From Gemmatimonadales bacterium (GTDB lineage Bacteria; Gemmatimonadota; Gemmatimonadetes; Gemmatimonadales; GWC2-71-9), in contig DASPXE010000007.1 of assembly GCA_035637455.1 (NCBI GenBank), positions 51,097 through 115,096 on the forward strand: a stretch of DNA of 64,000 nucleotides, given 5' to 3'. Below the pieces are notes generated by a model, which saw only the letters and a program-made list of their open reading frames with translations, did no database searches and was not told where the DNA came from. Positions within the stretch are counted from its first letter, which is position 1; every line of letters starts with the position of its first letter. Below are positions 45,309 to 54,258 of the stretch, piece by piece. A program made the position numbers and the translations under genes.

Positions 45309-46211
45309 ATGTCATGGAAACCCTTCGTGGTCGGTGTGGACGCCTCGCCTGAGGCAGCGGCGGCGGCGGGGTTTGCTTGCCGCACGGCGGAGCGAGCGAA
45401 CGCGGGTTGTCGCCTCGTCCACGCGACGCGTGACATGCTCGCGGGGTTCGAGGCGCCCCAGGTGGAGGTCTATCGCCAGGCGATCGTCGAGCGGGCGCGC
45501 GGCCAGATAGCCGCAGTCGTGAGCGGTAAGGTTCCGGCCGGTACCCGCGACGAGATGATGGTGCGGTTCGGCTCCGCCGCGGGGGTGTTGAAGGACGTCG
45601 TGGCCGAGATCGGCGCCGAGGTCGTCGTCCTGGGCGGGAAGCATCACTCGACGCTCGGCCGCTGGTTCGGCGGGAGCACAAGTCTCAACGTGGCTCGCAC
45701 GGCCGACGTGCAGATCCTCGTGACCGCCGGCACGCCAACGACGATCCGCCGCGTGCTGGTCGCCGTCGACCTGTCGGGCGCCGCCCGGCGGACCCTGCGG
45801 GTGGCGGAGCGCTACGCCGCGCTGTTCGGCGCGGAGCTGCGCGCGCTGAGCGTGTTCGAGCCGCTCCCCGTCATCCCCGAGGTGACGCCGTCCTACGACC
45901 CGACTGAGTACTACGCGATGTCAGAAGAGCTCTTGCACCGCGATATCTGGCCCGCGATCCGAATGAAGGGCGTCGAGAAGGTGGTGCGGTACGGAACGGC
46001 GGTGGACACCATCTTGCGCGAAACGGCCGCATGGCAGACGGATCTGCTCGTGGTAGGGTCGCACGGCAAGGGGTGGGCGACGCGCGTGCTCGTGGGCAGC
46101 GTGACAGAGCGGTTGCTCAACCACCTGCCGACGTCGCTCATCGTCGTGCCGGTGTCGGCGGCTCAGGTGGCCGAGCCGGTGGGGGTGAAACTGGCGACCG
46201 CCATGGCTTAG
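45309..46211 (+). CDS. Tandem-domain universal stress protein
   Basis: ATG 45309 lies behind GGAGG. Two USP domains are present (FVVGVDASPEA...VVVLGGKHHS and VLVAVDLSGAA...LLVVGSHGKG...GSVTERLL). Confidence 0.8.
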   Translation: MSWKPFVVGVDASPEAAAAAGFACRTAERANAGCRLVHATRDMLAGFEAPQVEVYRQAIVERARGQIAAVVSGKVPAGTRDEMMVRFGSAAGVLKDVVAEIGAEVVVLGGKHHSTLGRWFGGSTSLNVARTADVQILVTAGTPTTIRRVLVAVDLSGAARRTLRVAERYAALFGAELRALSVFEPLPVIPEVTPSYDPTEYYAMSEELLHRDIWPAIRMKGVEKVVRYGTAVDTILRETAAWQTDLLVVGSHGKGWATRVLVGSVTERLLNHLPTSLIVVPVSAAQVAEPVGVKLATAMA

Positions 46212-46235
46212 TGGAGGACCAGCATCCCCACCCTT

Positions 46236-47339
46236 TCAATGCCGCGGCAGTACCGGAACGAGGGACAGCGCGATCGAGACCGCGATCAGCACGATGATGA
46301 TCCATTCGAGGATCTCCATCCGCCGGCTCGACGCGCGGTCCGCCATCTTGGCGTAGATGCTGTCGATCGTCTGCAGCTTGCGCGTGATGCTCGCGTCCCA
46401 ATCGCCCAGGTGAAAGCGCCGGGACGCGAGCGAGTACACCCGCGCCAGGAACTGATCTCCCACCAGCTTGAGCGCGTTCGTCACCTGCTCGAACAGGATC
46501 GCGCCGTCGAGCTGCAGCCGGGCCAGCCGGCGCAGGTCAGGACCCTCGCTCCCCGAGCCGACGACCCGCGTCGGGCGCGGCTGCAGCAGCTCATAGGCCC
46601 GCTCGAGAATGTCGTCGAGCTGCTGGTCGAGGAAACGCATCTCGAGCAGCTGGATGTTGGCGAACTCGAGCACCGCGCGCACGTCGTCGCCTTCGGGGTC
46701 GAACAGTAGCGTCGCGTCCGTGTCGATGAACGTCGCCTCGTCGGGCCCGAACGAGAGCCGCGAGGCCGTGGCGTCGGCGACTTCCTGCTGGGACAGGGTA
46801 TGCGGCTCGGCCCGCAACACTTGAGCGACGGTGTGCGCATGGTCGGTCCAGAGAGCGGCGGCGCCGCAGGGCGCTGCAAAGGCCTCGATCTGGAAGATGG
46901 AGTAGTCCTCGACGAAGTCCGCGATGTGCGGCCGTAACGCCGCGTCCCCGAGCGTCGCCAGCAGCTCCTCCACGTGCCGGCGGGCGTCGGCAACGAGCCG
47001 CTCGTTCCCCCACAACTCGTACGCCAGTGCGGGGAGGCCCAGGAGTGGCCCCTCGATCGCCGCTGCGTAGCTCACGGAAATGGCGCCGAAGTCGTACAAC
47101 ACCAGCTCCAGCGTCGGCGCCGTGCGGTAGGCGCCCAGCACGTGCACCTCCCCCGGGCGGGTCACGCGCAGTGGTGCGGGACGGTATTCGAACGATGCGG
47201 GCGCCCGGCGTCGCTGCTTCACCGTCTGGCGCTCGGCGCCGGCCAGGATGCGGCGCTCGGCCGCGTCCAGGTCGATCGCTCGCGCGACGTCGTAGGCGAA
47301 CAGGGGAAAACAGGTGCCCTTCGCGATCACCGGCTCCAT
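46236..47339 (-). CDS. DUF155 (RMD1/YagE) family protein with C-terminal TM
   Basis: From ATG 47339 (MEPVIAKGTCFPLFAYDVA...). C-terminal part is WDASITRKLQTIDSIYAKMADRASSRRMEILEWIIIVLIAVSIALSLV. The start overlaps the upstream GH57 gene by 13 nt. Confidence 0.6.
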   Translation of the reverse strand: MEPVIAKGTCFPLFAYDVARAIDLDAAERRILAGAERQTVKQRRRAPASFEYRPAPLRVTRPGEVHVLGAYRTAPTLELVLYDFGAISVSYAAAIEGPLLGLPALAYELWGNERLVADARRHVEELLATLGDAALRPHIADFVEDYSIFQIEAFAAPCGAAALWTDHAHTVAQVLRAEPHTLSQQEVADATASRLSFGPDEATFIDTDATLLFDPEGDDVRAVLEFANIQLLEMRFLDQQLDDILERAYELLQPRPTRVVGSGSEGPDLRRLARLQLDGAILFEQVTNALKLVGDQFLARVYSLASRRFHLGDWDASITRKLQTIDSIYAKMADRASSRRMEILEWIIIVLIAVSIALSLVPVLPRH

Positions 47340-49249
47340 GAGATCTCGACCCGGGCTTCCGCTAGCGCCACCGGCCAGCGCGGCGTGAGCGAATGGCCCT
47401 GCACCGTCTCGTCCAGCCCCCGCTCCGACTTCGACACCGTGCCGATGGGAAACGACCAGACTTCGGCGGCGGGCCCGCACTGCAGCTCGAGCGGGTGGGC
47501 GAGCGATACCTCCGGCGCGAACAGCGCATCCCGAGGGAAGCGCGCCGGATCCCAGCGGTAGGAGACGGTCACCCCGCCACCAGCGTCGAAGCGGAGTCGC
47601 TTCTCGAGCTGGGGCGCCTGGCAGGTCACCTCTACGGCCGCGCCGACCGTACGCACAGCGACCGCCACCGGAACGCCGGCCCACGATACGATCGGCTGGT
47701 ACTCGCCGCTCGCATAGATTTCCCGGGTCAGTGCCCCAGGGAGGACGCGCTCCACGAACAGCGCGCGCGCGTCGCGATCGACGGGCGGCAGCTGGTCGAT
47801 GCGCATGCGCTTCTCGATGTCGTGAATGCTCGGTGTCCCGTCTCCCGTTCCCATGTTCGCCTGCTCGCCCCCCTCCAGCGCGAGCTCGTGATACGCCTCG
47901 CGCCGCCGCGTCAGCACATCGGCGTAGTTGATCCCGGCGCCGAACAGCGTGTATTCCTCTATCGCGCCGCCGCGGCGCGGGCTGACGAGAGCGGAGAATG
48001 CCCCCGAATGCAACCAGATCTCCTCGAACCCGTCAGCGTCGAGATCGAGCTGTTCGACCTCGAGCGGAGCGCCTCGCCGCAGCTCGCCTTCGGCCAGCGC
48101 GAGGTTGCGCCAGATCGCCTGCCGGAGATGCGGGAGGTACAGCCCTCCGAACACGCCGTGCCAGTACGCGTCGTTGCATTGCGCGCGGCCGATCGCCTGG
48201 CGCGCTGCCGCCGGGTCGCCCGAGCGCCGGCACAGCGCGGACAGGGCCTGCATCTTCTTGTGCATCCGGTTCGACTCGGGATAGCGCACGAAGAAATTGC
48301 GCCAGTGCGCCCCCCGGACCAGCGCCCCGTCGGGTCCGGCGAGCCGCTCGGGCCCGAGGTCGTGCTCCAGCCGCGCCAGTCGGGTTGCGGCGTCCGGCGG
48401 CAGCGCCCAGCCCTCCATCTCGCGGTACGAGGCCGTCGGCAAGTACGCGAGCCCGCCGCTCGGTACCTCGGCGAGCGCGGCGGCGAGCGTCGTCAGGCGG
48501 ATCTCGCTGCCCGCGATCAGCCCGCCCATCGCGTCGAGGAACTGCTCGAGCCAGCCACGGTCGTACACCCACTCCTTCGTGCCGGGCCAGCCGCCGAACT
48601 TCTCGCCGTCGTCCACGAACACGGCGAGCGGCGCCCCCCCCTCCCGCAACGAGCGCAGGTACGCCACGATGTCCGCGGGCGGCTTGAAAGGAATCAGGTA
48701 GCGGAGCCGCTCGTCGATCGGAAACAGCGCGACGCGCTTGCCGTCGCTCTCGGTCCAGTACGGGGCGTGCAGTCGATCGGCGGAGAATCCTGAGACCAGG
48801 AAATGACGATCGTCCACCAGCGCGTAGCGCACCCCCGCCTGCGCCAGATCCGCCGCCAGCTCAGGCTCCCAGACGCGCTCCGTCAGCCACAACCCGCTCG
48901 CTTCCACCCCGAATCGCCGTCTGATCGCCTGGCGCATCCAATCGATCTGCTCGATCCGGTCCTGCCGGGGCAGGGCCGCCAGCACGGGCTCGTAGAACCC
49001 CGAGAGCAACAGCTCCAAGCGCCCGTCCACGGCGAGCCGCGCGATCCGGTCGAGCAACGCGGATTCGTGCCCTTCGAGCCACTCGAGCAGCGGACCGGAC
49101 ATGTGGATGGCGATGGGGAGGAATTCCCGCGTCGCAAGCCGCTCCAGGAACGGGCGGTACACGTCGCGCACGTGCTGCTCGAACACGTGGTCGAAGTTGC
49201 CCACCGGTTGGTGGAAATGGACGCCGAAGGCGAAGCGCAGCGGATCCAG
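47327..49249 (-). CDS. GH57 family alpha-amylase/4-alpha-glucanotransferase-like protein (with DUF1925/1926-like C-terminus)
   Basis: The conserved GH57 N-terminus (L)DPLRFAFGVHFHQPVGNFDHVFE begins at a CTG directly after the TAG of the previous gene. The track starts at the later GTG (49204), which would delete the HxHQP region. ERVWEPE and FGGW segments are present. Confidence 0.75.
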   Translation of the reverse strand: MDPLRFAFGVHFHQPVGNFDHVFEQHVRDVYRPFLERLATREFLPIAIHMSGPLLEWLEGHESALLDRIARLAVDGRLELLLSGFYEPVLAALPRQDRIEQIDWMRQAIRRRFGVEASGLWLTERVWEPELAADLAQAGVRYALVDDRHFLVSGFSADRLHAPYWTESDGKRVALFPIDERLRYLIPFKPPADIVAYLRSLREGGAPLAVFVDDGEKFGGWPGTKEWVYDRGWLEQFLDAMGGLIAGSEIRLTTLAAALAEVPSGGLAYLPTASYREMEGWALPPDAATRLARLEHDLGPERLAGPDGALVRGAHWRNFFVRYPESNRMHKKMQALSALCRRSGDPAAARQAIGRAQCNDAYWHGVFGGLYLPHLRQAIWRNLALAEGELRRGAPLEVEQLDLDADGFEEIWLHSGAFSALVSPRRGGAIEEYTLFGAGINYADVLTRRREAYHELALEGGEQANMGTGDGTPSIHDIEKRMRIDQLPPVDRDARALFVERVLPGALTREIYASGEYQPIVSWAGVPVAVAVRTVGAAVEVTCQAPQLEKRLRFDAGGGVTVSYRWDPARFPRDALFAPEVSLAHPLELQCGPAAEVWSFPIGTVSKSERGLDETVQGHSLTPRWPVALAEARVEISWSR

Positions 49250-50998
49250 CTAGTGGTCCCCCCCCTCCCCCTTCTCTTCGCCATTCCCGTCTGCGAAACC
49301 CAGCCGCCAGGCCGCGGGCGCGAGCTGCGCCGCCCAGTCGGGCGGAGATGCGGCGCGGATCCGGTAGAACACCGTCTGGGCATCGAACGGAACCGGACTG
49401 CCGTCGCGCTGCACGCGATCGGCCAGTTCCGTGACGACCGCGATCGCCCGAGACGAGTGATCGTGCTCGAGCCGCGTCACCGCCCGGAGCAGCTCTCGGG
49501 CCGCGTCACCGCCCGGTCCCCCGGTGTCCCAGTCCGAGCGCGACGCCGCATCCACCGGCACCCGCCGCTTGACCCGGCTCAGATAAACGTCGCGCCCGGT
49601 TCCCGCTCCGGGCTCGTTCGACTCCGCGCGCGCCAACCGGTCGAGCACGCCCGCTTCGAGCCGGGGCGCGTCCGTGCCGGCCAGCTCGATCGCGCGCGCC
49701 GCGTACCGCAGGATCTGCACTGACTCGAGCCCGGCGATGTCGTCGAAAAACCAGCCGCAGGACGTGAACATCCGGAGGGCGTTGCGCTCGAGGTCGAGCA
49801 GCTCCCGAGCCCGGACCCGGCGCGCCGCGTCGACGGGCCGGCGCATCTGCTCGGCCACGAATCGCGCGCTGGCCGCCTCGTCCGAGCTGACGACGGCGCC
49901 ATAGGCGTCGCGGGCGGCCCACGGATCGGTGAACAGCTCGCTGCCCTCGCGCTCGAAGCGCGCGTGCAGCTCTCCGGCGAGCCAGTCGAGCGCCTCGCGC
50001 AGCGGCACCCGCCACCGCTGCTGCGTCGGCCGCTCGGGGGCCATCCGGCAGCCGCAGTCCGCCCGCCAGCGTTCCACCCCGTGCGGGCAGCTCCACGACG
50101 TGGGCGCTACCAGCTTCACCTCGTGCTGCGGCGGGTGTCGCGCCAGGAAGGCGGCGAAGTTTTCGATCCGCACATCGCGGCGCCGCTCGAGCTCGCGCAG
50201 CAGCCAGGCGAGCGCCACCTCGCCGAAGCGGTGGTGGTGGCCGTATGTCTCCCCGTCGGTCGCCACCGCCACGAGCCGCGGCGGGCTCGCCCCGTGCTGC
50301 GTCGCTACCAGCCGCTTCACCCACGCCGCGGCGTCCTTGAGCAGCGGTCCGAACGCGACGTCGTGCGAGATGGGGCCGTCGTACACGAACAGCGCGAGGG
50401 ACCGGCCGCCCGCCGTCCGGTAGCGCCCGGGAGACCCACCGGCGGGAGCGTGCTCGACCTGATGCGGAGCAAGGATGGTGAAGCGGATCCCCTCCGCCGC
50501 GAGGACATCCAGGGTCTCGGGATCGACCGCCGTCTCGGGAAGCCACATGCCCTCGGGGTCACGTCCGAAGCGACGCCGAAAATCAGCGATCCCCCAGCGC
50601 ACCTCGGTCACTTTGTCGCGGCGGGACGAGAGCGGCAGGATCGCGTGGTGGTAAGGCATGGCGATGGCGTTGCCGTGCCCGCCATGCCGCTCGCGGCTCA
50701 GCCGGTCCGCCTCCAGCGCGGCGGCATAGGTCGACGGCGCCTGTCGCTCCAGCCACTCGAGCAGTGTGGGGCCGAAGTTGAAGCTGATCGAGGCCAGGGT
50801 GTTCACGATCTGCGCGATCCTGCCGTCGGGGGCATACAGCCGCGCCGCGACGACCGCGCGGTAGCACTCTTGCTCGATACGCTGGTTCCAGTCGTGAAAC
50901 GGGGCCGCGGACGGCTCGGCGGCGACCTGGTTGAGCCAGGGATCCTCGCGCGGCGGCTGGTAGAAGTGCCCGTGGATGACGACCGACCGAACGCTCAA
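49250..50998 (-). CDS. GH57 family protein (DUF3536-type)
   Basis: TTG 50998 overlaps the upstream stop as TTGA and gives (M)SVRSVVIHGHFYQPPREDPW. Other motifs are MWLPETAV and ATDGETYGHHH. The upstream 366 codons of the track ORF are an Arg/Pro-rich artefact. Confidence 0.75.
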   Translation of the reverse strand: MSVRSVVIHGHFYQPPREDPWLNQVAAEPSAAPFHDWNQRIEQECYRAVVAARLYAPDGRIAQIVNTLASISFNFGPTLLEWLERQAPSTYAAALEADRLSRERHGGHGNAIAMPYHHAILPLSSRRDKVTEVRWGIADFRRRFGRDPEGMWLPETAVDPETLDVLAAEGIRFTILAPHQVEHAPAGGSPGRYRTAGGRSLALFVYDGPISHDVAFGPLLKDAAAWVKRLVATQHGASPPRLVAVATDGETYGHHHRFGEVALAWLLRELERRRDVRIENFAAFLARHPPQHEVKLVAPTSWSCPHGVERWRADCGCRMAPERPTQQRWRVPLREALDWLAGELHARFEREGSELFTDPWAARDAYGAVVSSDEAASARFVAEQMRRPVDAARRVRARELLDLERNALRMFTSCGWFFDDIAGLESVQILRYAARAIELAGTDAPRLEAGVLDRLARAESNEPGAGTGRDVYLSRVKRRVPVDAASRSDWDTGGPGGDAARELLRAVTRLEHDHSSRAIAVVTELADRVQRDGSPVPFDAQTVFYRIRAASPPDWAAQLAPAAWRLGFADGNGEEKGEGGDH

Positions 50999-52662
50999 TC
51001 GCCCAGCACCTCGGCCACGGCGTCGAGGACCTTCGGGAACAGCCCGTCGCGGCGCTCCAGCTCCGCCGCCAGTGCGACGCCCCGCGTCCCCGTGTCGCCC
51101 GACGAGCCGGACGTCAGGGCGGCGACCAGCCGCTCGGCGTCGTCGCAGTGCAGCTTGAAGCGGCGCTCGGCATAGTCCGGCACCGCGCCAGTGGAGATCA
51201 TGAACTGCCAGTCGGAAGCCTGGGCGAGGAGCAGCTCGCGGGCGGCCTGCGCGAGCACGGGACGGGCGCCGGGGGATGCGAGCGCCGCAGGGGCCGCCTT
51301 CCAGAAGGCGTCCTCCAGCGCGCGGAGGCGCGGCCACGTCCACGCGGTGCGGTCGTTGAGCCACATCGTGTGATCGCCGTTCACGCCCCACGAGCCCTCC
51401 GCGAGGCGTAACCCCACGCGCGGGGCATGGTCCGCCAGGTGCTGCGACGCCGTCGCCGCGCGGATGCGGGGATGGTAGCGCAGCTCGCGGTACACCGCGG
51501 CCAGGAAATCCACACCCTCGAACCACCAGTGACCGAACAGCTCCGTGTCGAACGGTGCGACGACGACGCCGGCATCTTTCAACGCTCCCGCTCCGGGCGC
51601 CGCCGCGATTTCGGCGAGCAGGTGCGCGAAGTGGCGCGCATGGTCTCCGGCCCGGCCGCGCGCGGCCGCCGGGTCGTAAGGGCGCTTCGCGCCCAGGTCG
51701 ACGTCGGGTCCCGTCACCCGCCACAGCTTGAGACCGCCGGGCCAGCGGATCTTGTGGAACTCGAGGTACCACTCGTCGCCGGGGTAGCCCTGGTGGCGGC
51801 TCCAGACCTGCATCGAGGAGCGAGGATCCCGCACCAAGGTGGCCACACCCCGCTTCGCCCGAGGCGGCGTCACCCGGTAGGCCTGGTAGGGCGAGCGCAC
51901 CGCCGCGGTTGCGCGTTGCGACGAAGCGTCGTGCCGCTCCGCGTCGAACCGCTCCGCGCCCAACGGGATCTCGGCGTACATCCCGAGCGGCGTGCCGGCC
52001 CGCGCGAGATGCGCGTCGGTGAAGAAGTAGCGGAACCCGGCAGCCGCCAGGTGGTCCTCGATGCCGCGCCGCTTGTCGGCGCGCGGCCGGTAGGCGCACT
52101 CCGGCAGCCAGCAGCCCACCGGATCGCGGCCGAACAGCCGCCGGTGCTCGCTCCGCCCCAGCGTGAGCTGCAGCTGTACGCTCTCGTCGCGGGCGAGGAG
52201 CGGCAGATAGCCGTGCGTCGCCGCCGAGCCGATGATCTCCAGACGCCCGTCGTCCTGGAGACGGCGGAAGGCGGCCACAATGTCACGGTCCAGCGACTGA
52301 AACAGCTTCCGCAGTCGACTCAACCGCGCCTTCCAGTAGTCGACGAGGGGCATGAGCGCCGCATCGCCGGTAGCGGCCAGCGCCGCCGGCGCTTCCCGGA
52401 AAACGGCCTCGCGTTGGTCGAAGAAGGCCTCGAGCTCCAGTGCGAATGCCGGGCTCGCGAGCTGGTTCGCGAGCACCGGCGTGAAGCCGATCGTCACCGG
52501 CGCCCGCGTGTCGTGGGGAGGGGCCGCGAGCTCCTGCAGCTGCTCGAGCAGGGGGAGGTAGCTGTCGAGCGCCGCTTCGCACAGCCAATCGCTGCCGTGC
52601 GGCCACCGCCCGTGATTCAGCACGTACGGCAAGTGGCTGTGCAGCGCGAGGACGAAATCCAT
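50995..52662 (-). CDS. GH57-type 1,4-alpha-glucan branching enzyme (DUF1957-containing)
   Basis: From ATG 52662: MDFVLALHSHLPYVLNHGRWPHGSDWLCEAALDSYLPLL. Also has GCWLPECAY and PFDTELFGHWWFEG. Confidence 0.75.
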   Translation of the reverse strand: MDFVLALHSHLPYVLNHGRWPHGSDWLCEAALDSYLPLLEQLQELAAPPHDTRAPVTIGFTPVLANQLASPAFALELEAFFDQREAVFREAPAALAATGDAALMPLVDYWKARLSRLRKLFQSLDRDIVAAFRRLQDDGRLEIIGSAATHGYLPLLARDESVQLQLTLGRSEHRRLFGRDPVGCWLPECAYRPRADKRRGIEDHLAAAGFRYFFTDAHLARAGTPLGMYAEIPLGAERFDAERHDASSQRATAAVRSPYQAYRVTPPRAKRGVATLVRDPRSSMQVWSRHQGYPGDEWYLEFHKIRWPGGLKLWRVTGPDVDLGAKRPYDPAAARGRAGDHARHFAHLLAEIAAAPGAGALKDAGVVVAPFDTELFGHWWFEGVDFLAAVYRELRYHPRIRAATASQHLADHAPRVGLRLAEGSWGVNGDHTMWLNDRTAWTWPRLRALEDAFWKAAPAALASPGARPVLAQAARELLLAQASDWQFMISTGAVPDYAERRFKLHCDDAERLVAALTSGSSGDTGTRGVALAAELERRDGLFPKVLDAVAEVLGD

Positions 52663-52673
52663 TGCGCCCGCGG

Positions 52674-54200
52674 TCAGGCGGCAGTCGAGCGCGCGGCGAG
52701 CGCGCGGAGATAGACAGCCAGGTAGCGGGAGGCAGAGCCCTCCCAGCCGAACGCCAGCGCCATCACCTGGTGCATGATCTTGCGCCAGGCGGTCCGGTCC
52801 CGATAGCAGTCGAGCGCCCCCAACACCGCTTGCTCGAGCGCCGCGGAGGTGTATTCGGTGAACAGCACTCCCGTCTCCCCGTCCACGATGCTGTCGAGCA
52901 AGCCGCCTACCCGGCGGGCGACCGGGATCGTGCCGTAGCGCTGCGCCCGCATCTGGGTGAGCCCGCACGGCTCGTACAAGGACGGCATCAGCAGCAGGTC
53001 CGCCCCCGCGAGCAGCCCGTGCTCCAGGTGATCCGTGAAGGCGAACTCGACCGCCACCCGTTCGGGGGCCGCGGCGGCGAGCTCGGTCAGCGCCGCGTGA
53101 TAGCGGTGCTCTCCTGCGCCGAGGAAGATGAACTGCGCGTCCGTCTTCCCCAGTAGGTCGGCTCCGAGCACGAGGTCGAGCCCCTTCTGCGACACGAGAC
53201 GCGCGCTCATGCCGAACAGCGGCGCGTGGGCGCGCTGCGGCAAGCCGTAGGCGCGCTGCAACGCCGCCTTGCAGCGCCGCTTGCCCGCGAGCTCATCGAT
53301 CGAGTAGGTCGCCGTGATGTGCGGGTCCGTCGCGGGATTCCACACTACCGGATCGATCCCGTTGAGGATCCCCACCACCCGGTCTCCCAGCTCGGTGAAC
53401 TTCTCCTGCAGGCCGAACCCGCCTTCCGGCGTCAGCAGCTCTCGCGCATGGGTCGGACTGACGGTGACGGCCAGGTCCGCGAACGTCAGGCCACCTTTGA
53501 GAATGTTCATCCGGCCGTACCACTCGAACACCTGTGGGTTGTACAGCTCACCGGGTAGACCGAGGGCGGCCAGCGTCTCGGCAGGAAAATGGCCCTGGAA
53601 TCCGGCGTTGTGCACCGACAGCACCGTGCCCAACCGGCGGTGGAGCGGCTCGCCCGCGAACACGGTGCGCAGGTACACCGGCGCGAGACCGGTGTGCCAG
53701 TCGTGTGCGTGCAGCACCTGCGCCTCGGGCGCGATCTGCGGCAACACCGTCAGCGCAGCCGCGGAGAAGAAGGCGAACCGCAGCGCGTTGTCCGGATAGT
53801 CTCCGGTGTCGTCGCCGTAGATCCCCGCCCGATCGAAGAAGTCGGGGTGCTCGATGAAAAAGACGTGCGGTCCGCCGGCGGCGCCGTCCTGCACGCGATA
53901 CAGCCAGGCGGTCTCGGTCCGGTCGCCGAGCGTGACGGTGAACGGCGGTCCTGCCCGTTCCAGATTCGGCGCGGTCTCCCGCACCTGGCGGTACAGCGGC
54001 AGTACGACCGTCGTGGGCATGCCGACGGCTGCCTGGAAGCTGGCCAACCCGCTCACAGCCTCTCCCAACCCGCCGGTGCGCGCGAACGGCCAGTATTCGG
54101 CCGTCAGGTGGACCACCCCGATCCGCTCGGCCGCGGGGGCGGGAGGGCGCGGCGCAGGGACGGGGCCGGCCTTCGGGCGGGCCCTCGCTCTCGCACGCAC
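52674..54200 (-). CDS. glgA: Glycogen synthase (ADP-glucose type)
   Basis: Contains HLTAEYWPFARTGGLGEAVSGL, HAHDWHTG, NGIDPVVWNP and PSLYEPCGLTQM. Confidence 0.9.
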   Translation of the reverse strand: MRARARARPKAGPVPAPRPPAPAAERIGVVHLTAEYWPFARTGGLGEAVSGLASFQAAVGMPTTVVLPLYRQVRETAPNLERAGPPFTVTLGDRTETAWLYRVQDGAAGGPHVFFIEHPDFFDRAGIYGDDTGDYPDNALRFAFFSAAALTVLPQIAPEAQVLHAHDWHTGLAPVYLRTVFAGEPLHRRLGTVLSVHNAGFQGHFPAETLAALGLPGELYNPQVFEWYGRMNILKGGLTFADLAVTVSPTHARELLTPEGGFGLQEKFTELGDRVVGILNGIDPVVWNPATDPHITATYSIDELAGKRRCKAALQRAYGLPQRAHAPLFGMSARLVSQKGLDLVLGADLLGKTDAQFIFLGAGEHRYHAALTELAAAAPERVAVEFAFTDHLEHGLLAGADLLLMPSLYEPCGLTQMRAQRYGTIPVARRVGGLLDSIVDGETGVLFTEYTSAALEQAVLGALDCYRDRTAWRKIMHQVMALAFGWEGSASRYLAVYLRALAARSTAA

Positions 54201-54258
54201 GGGCTTCGGCGCTCGGATGCTCGTGAGCTGCTCCCTTCGAGTTTGAAACGGGCCCCGT

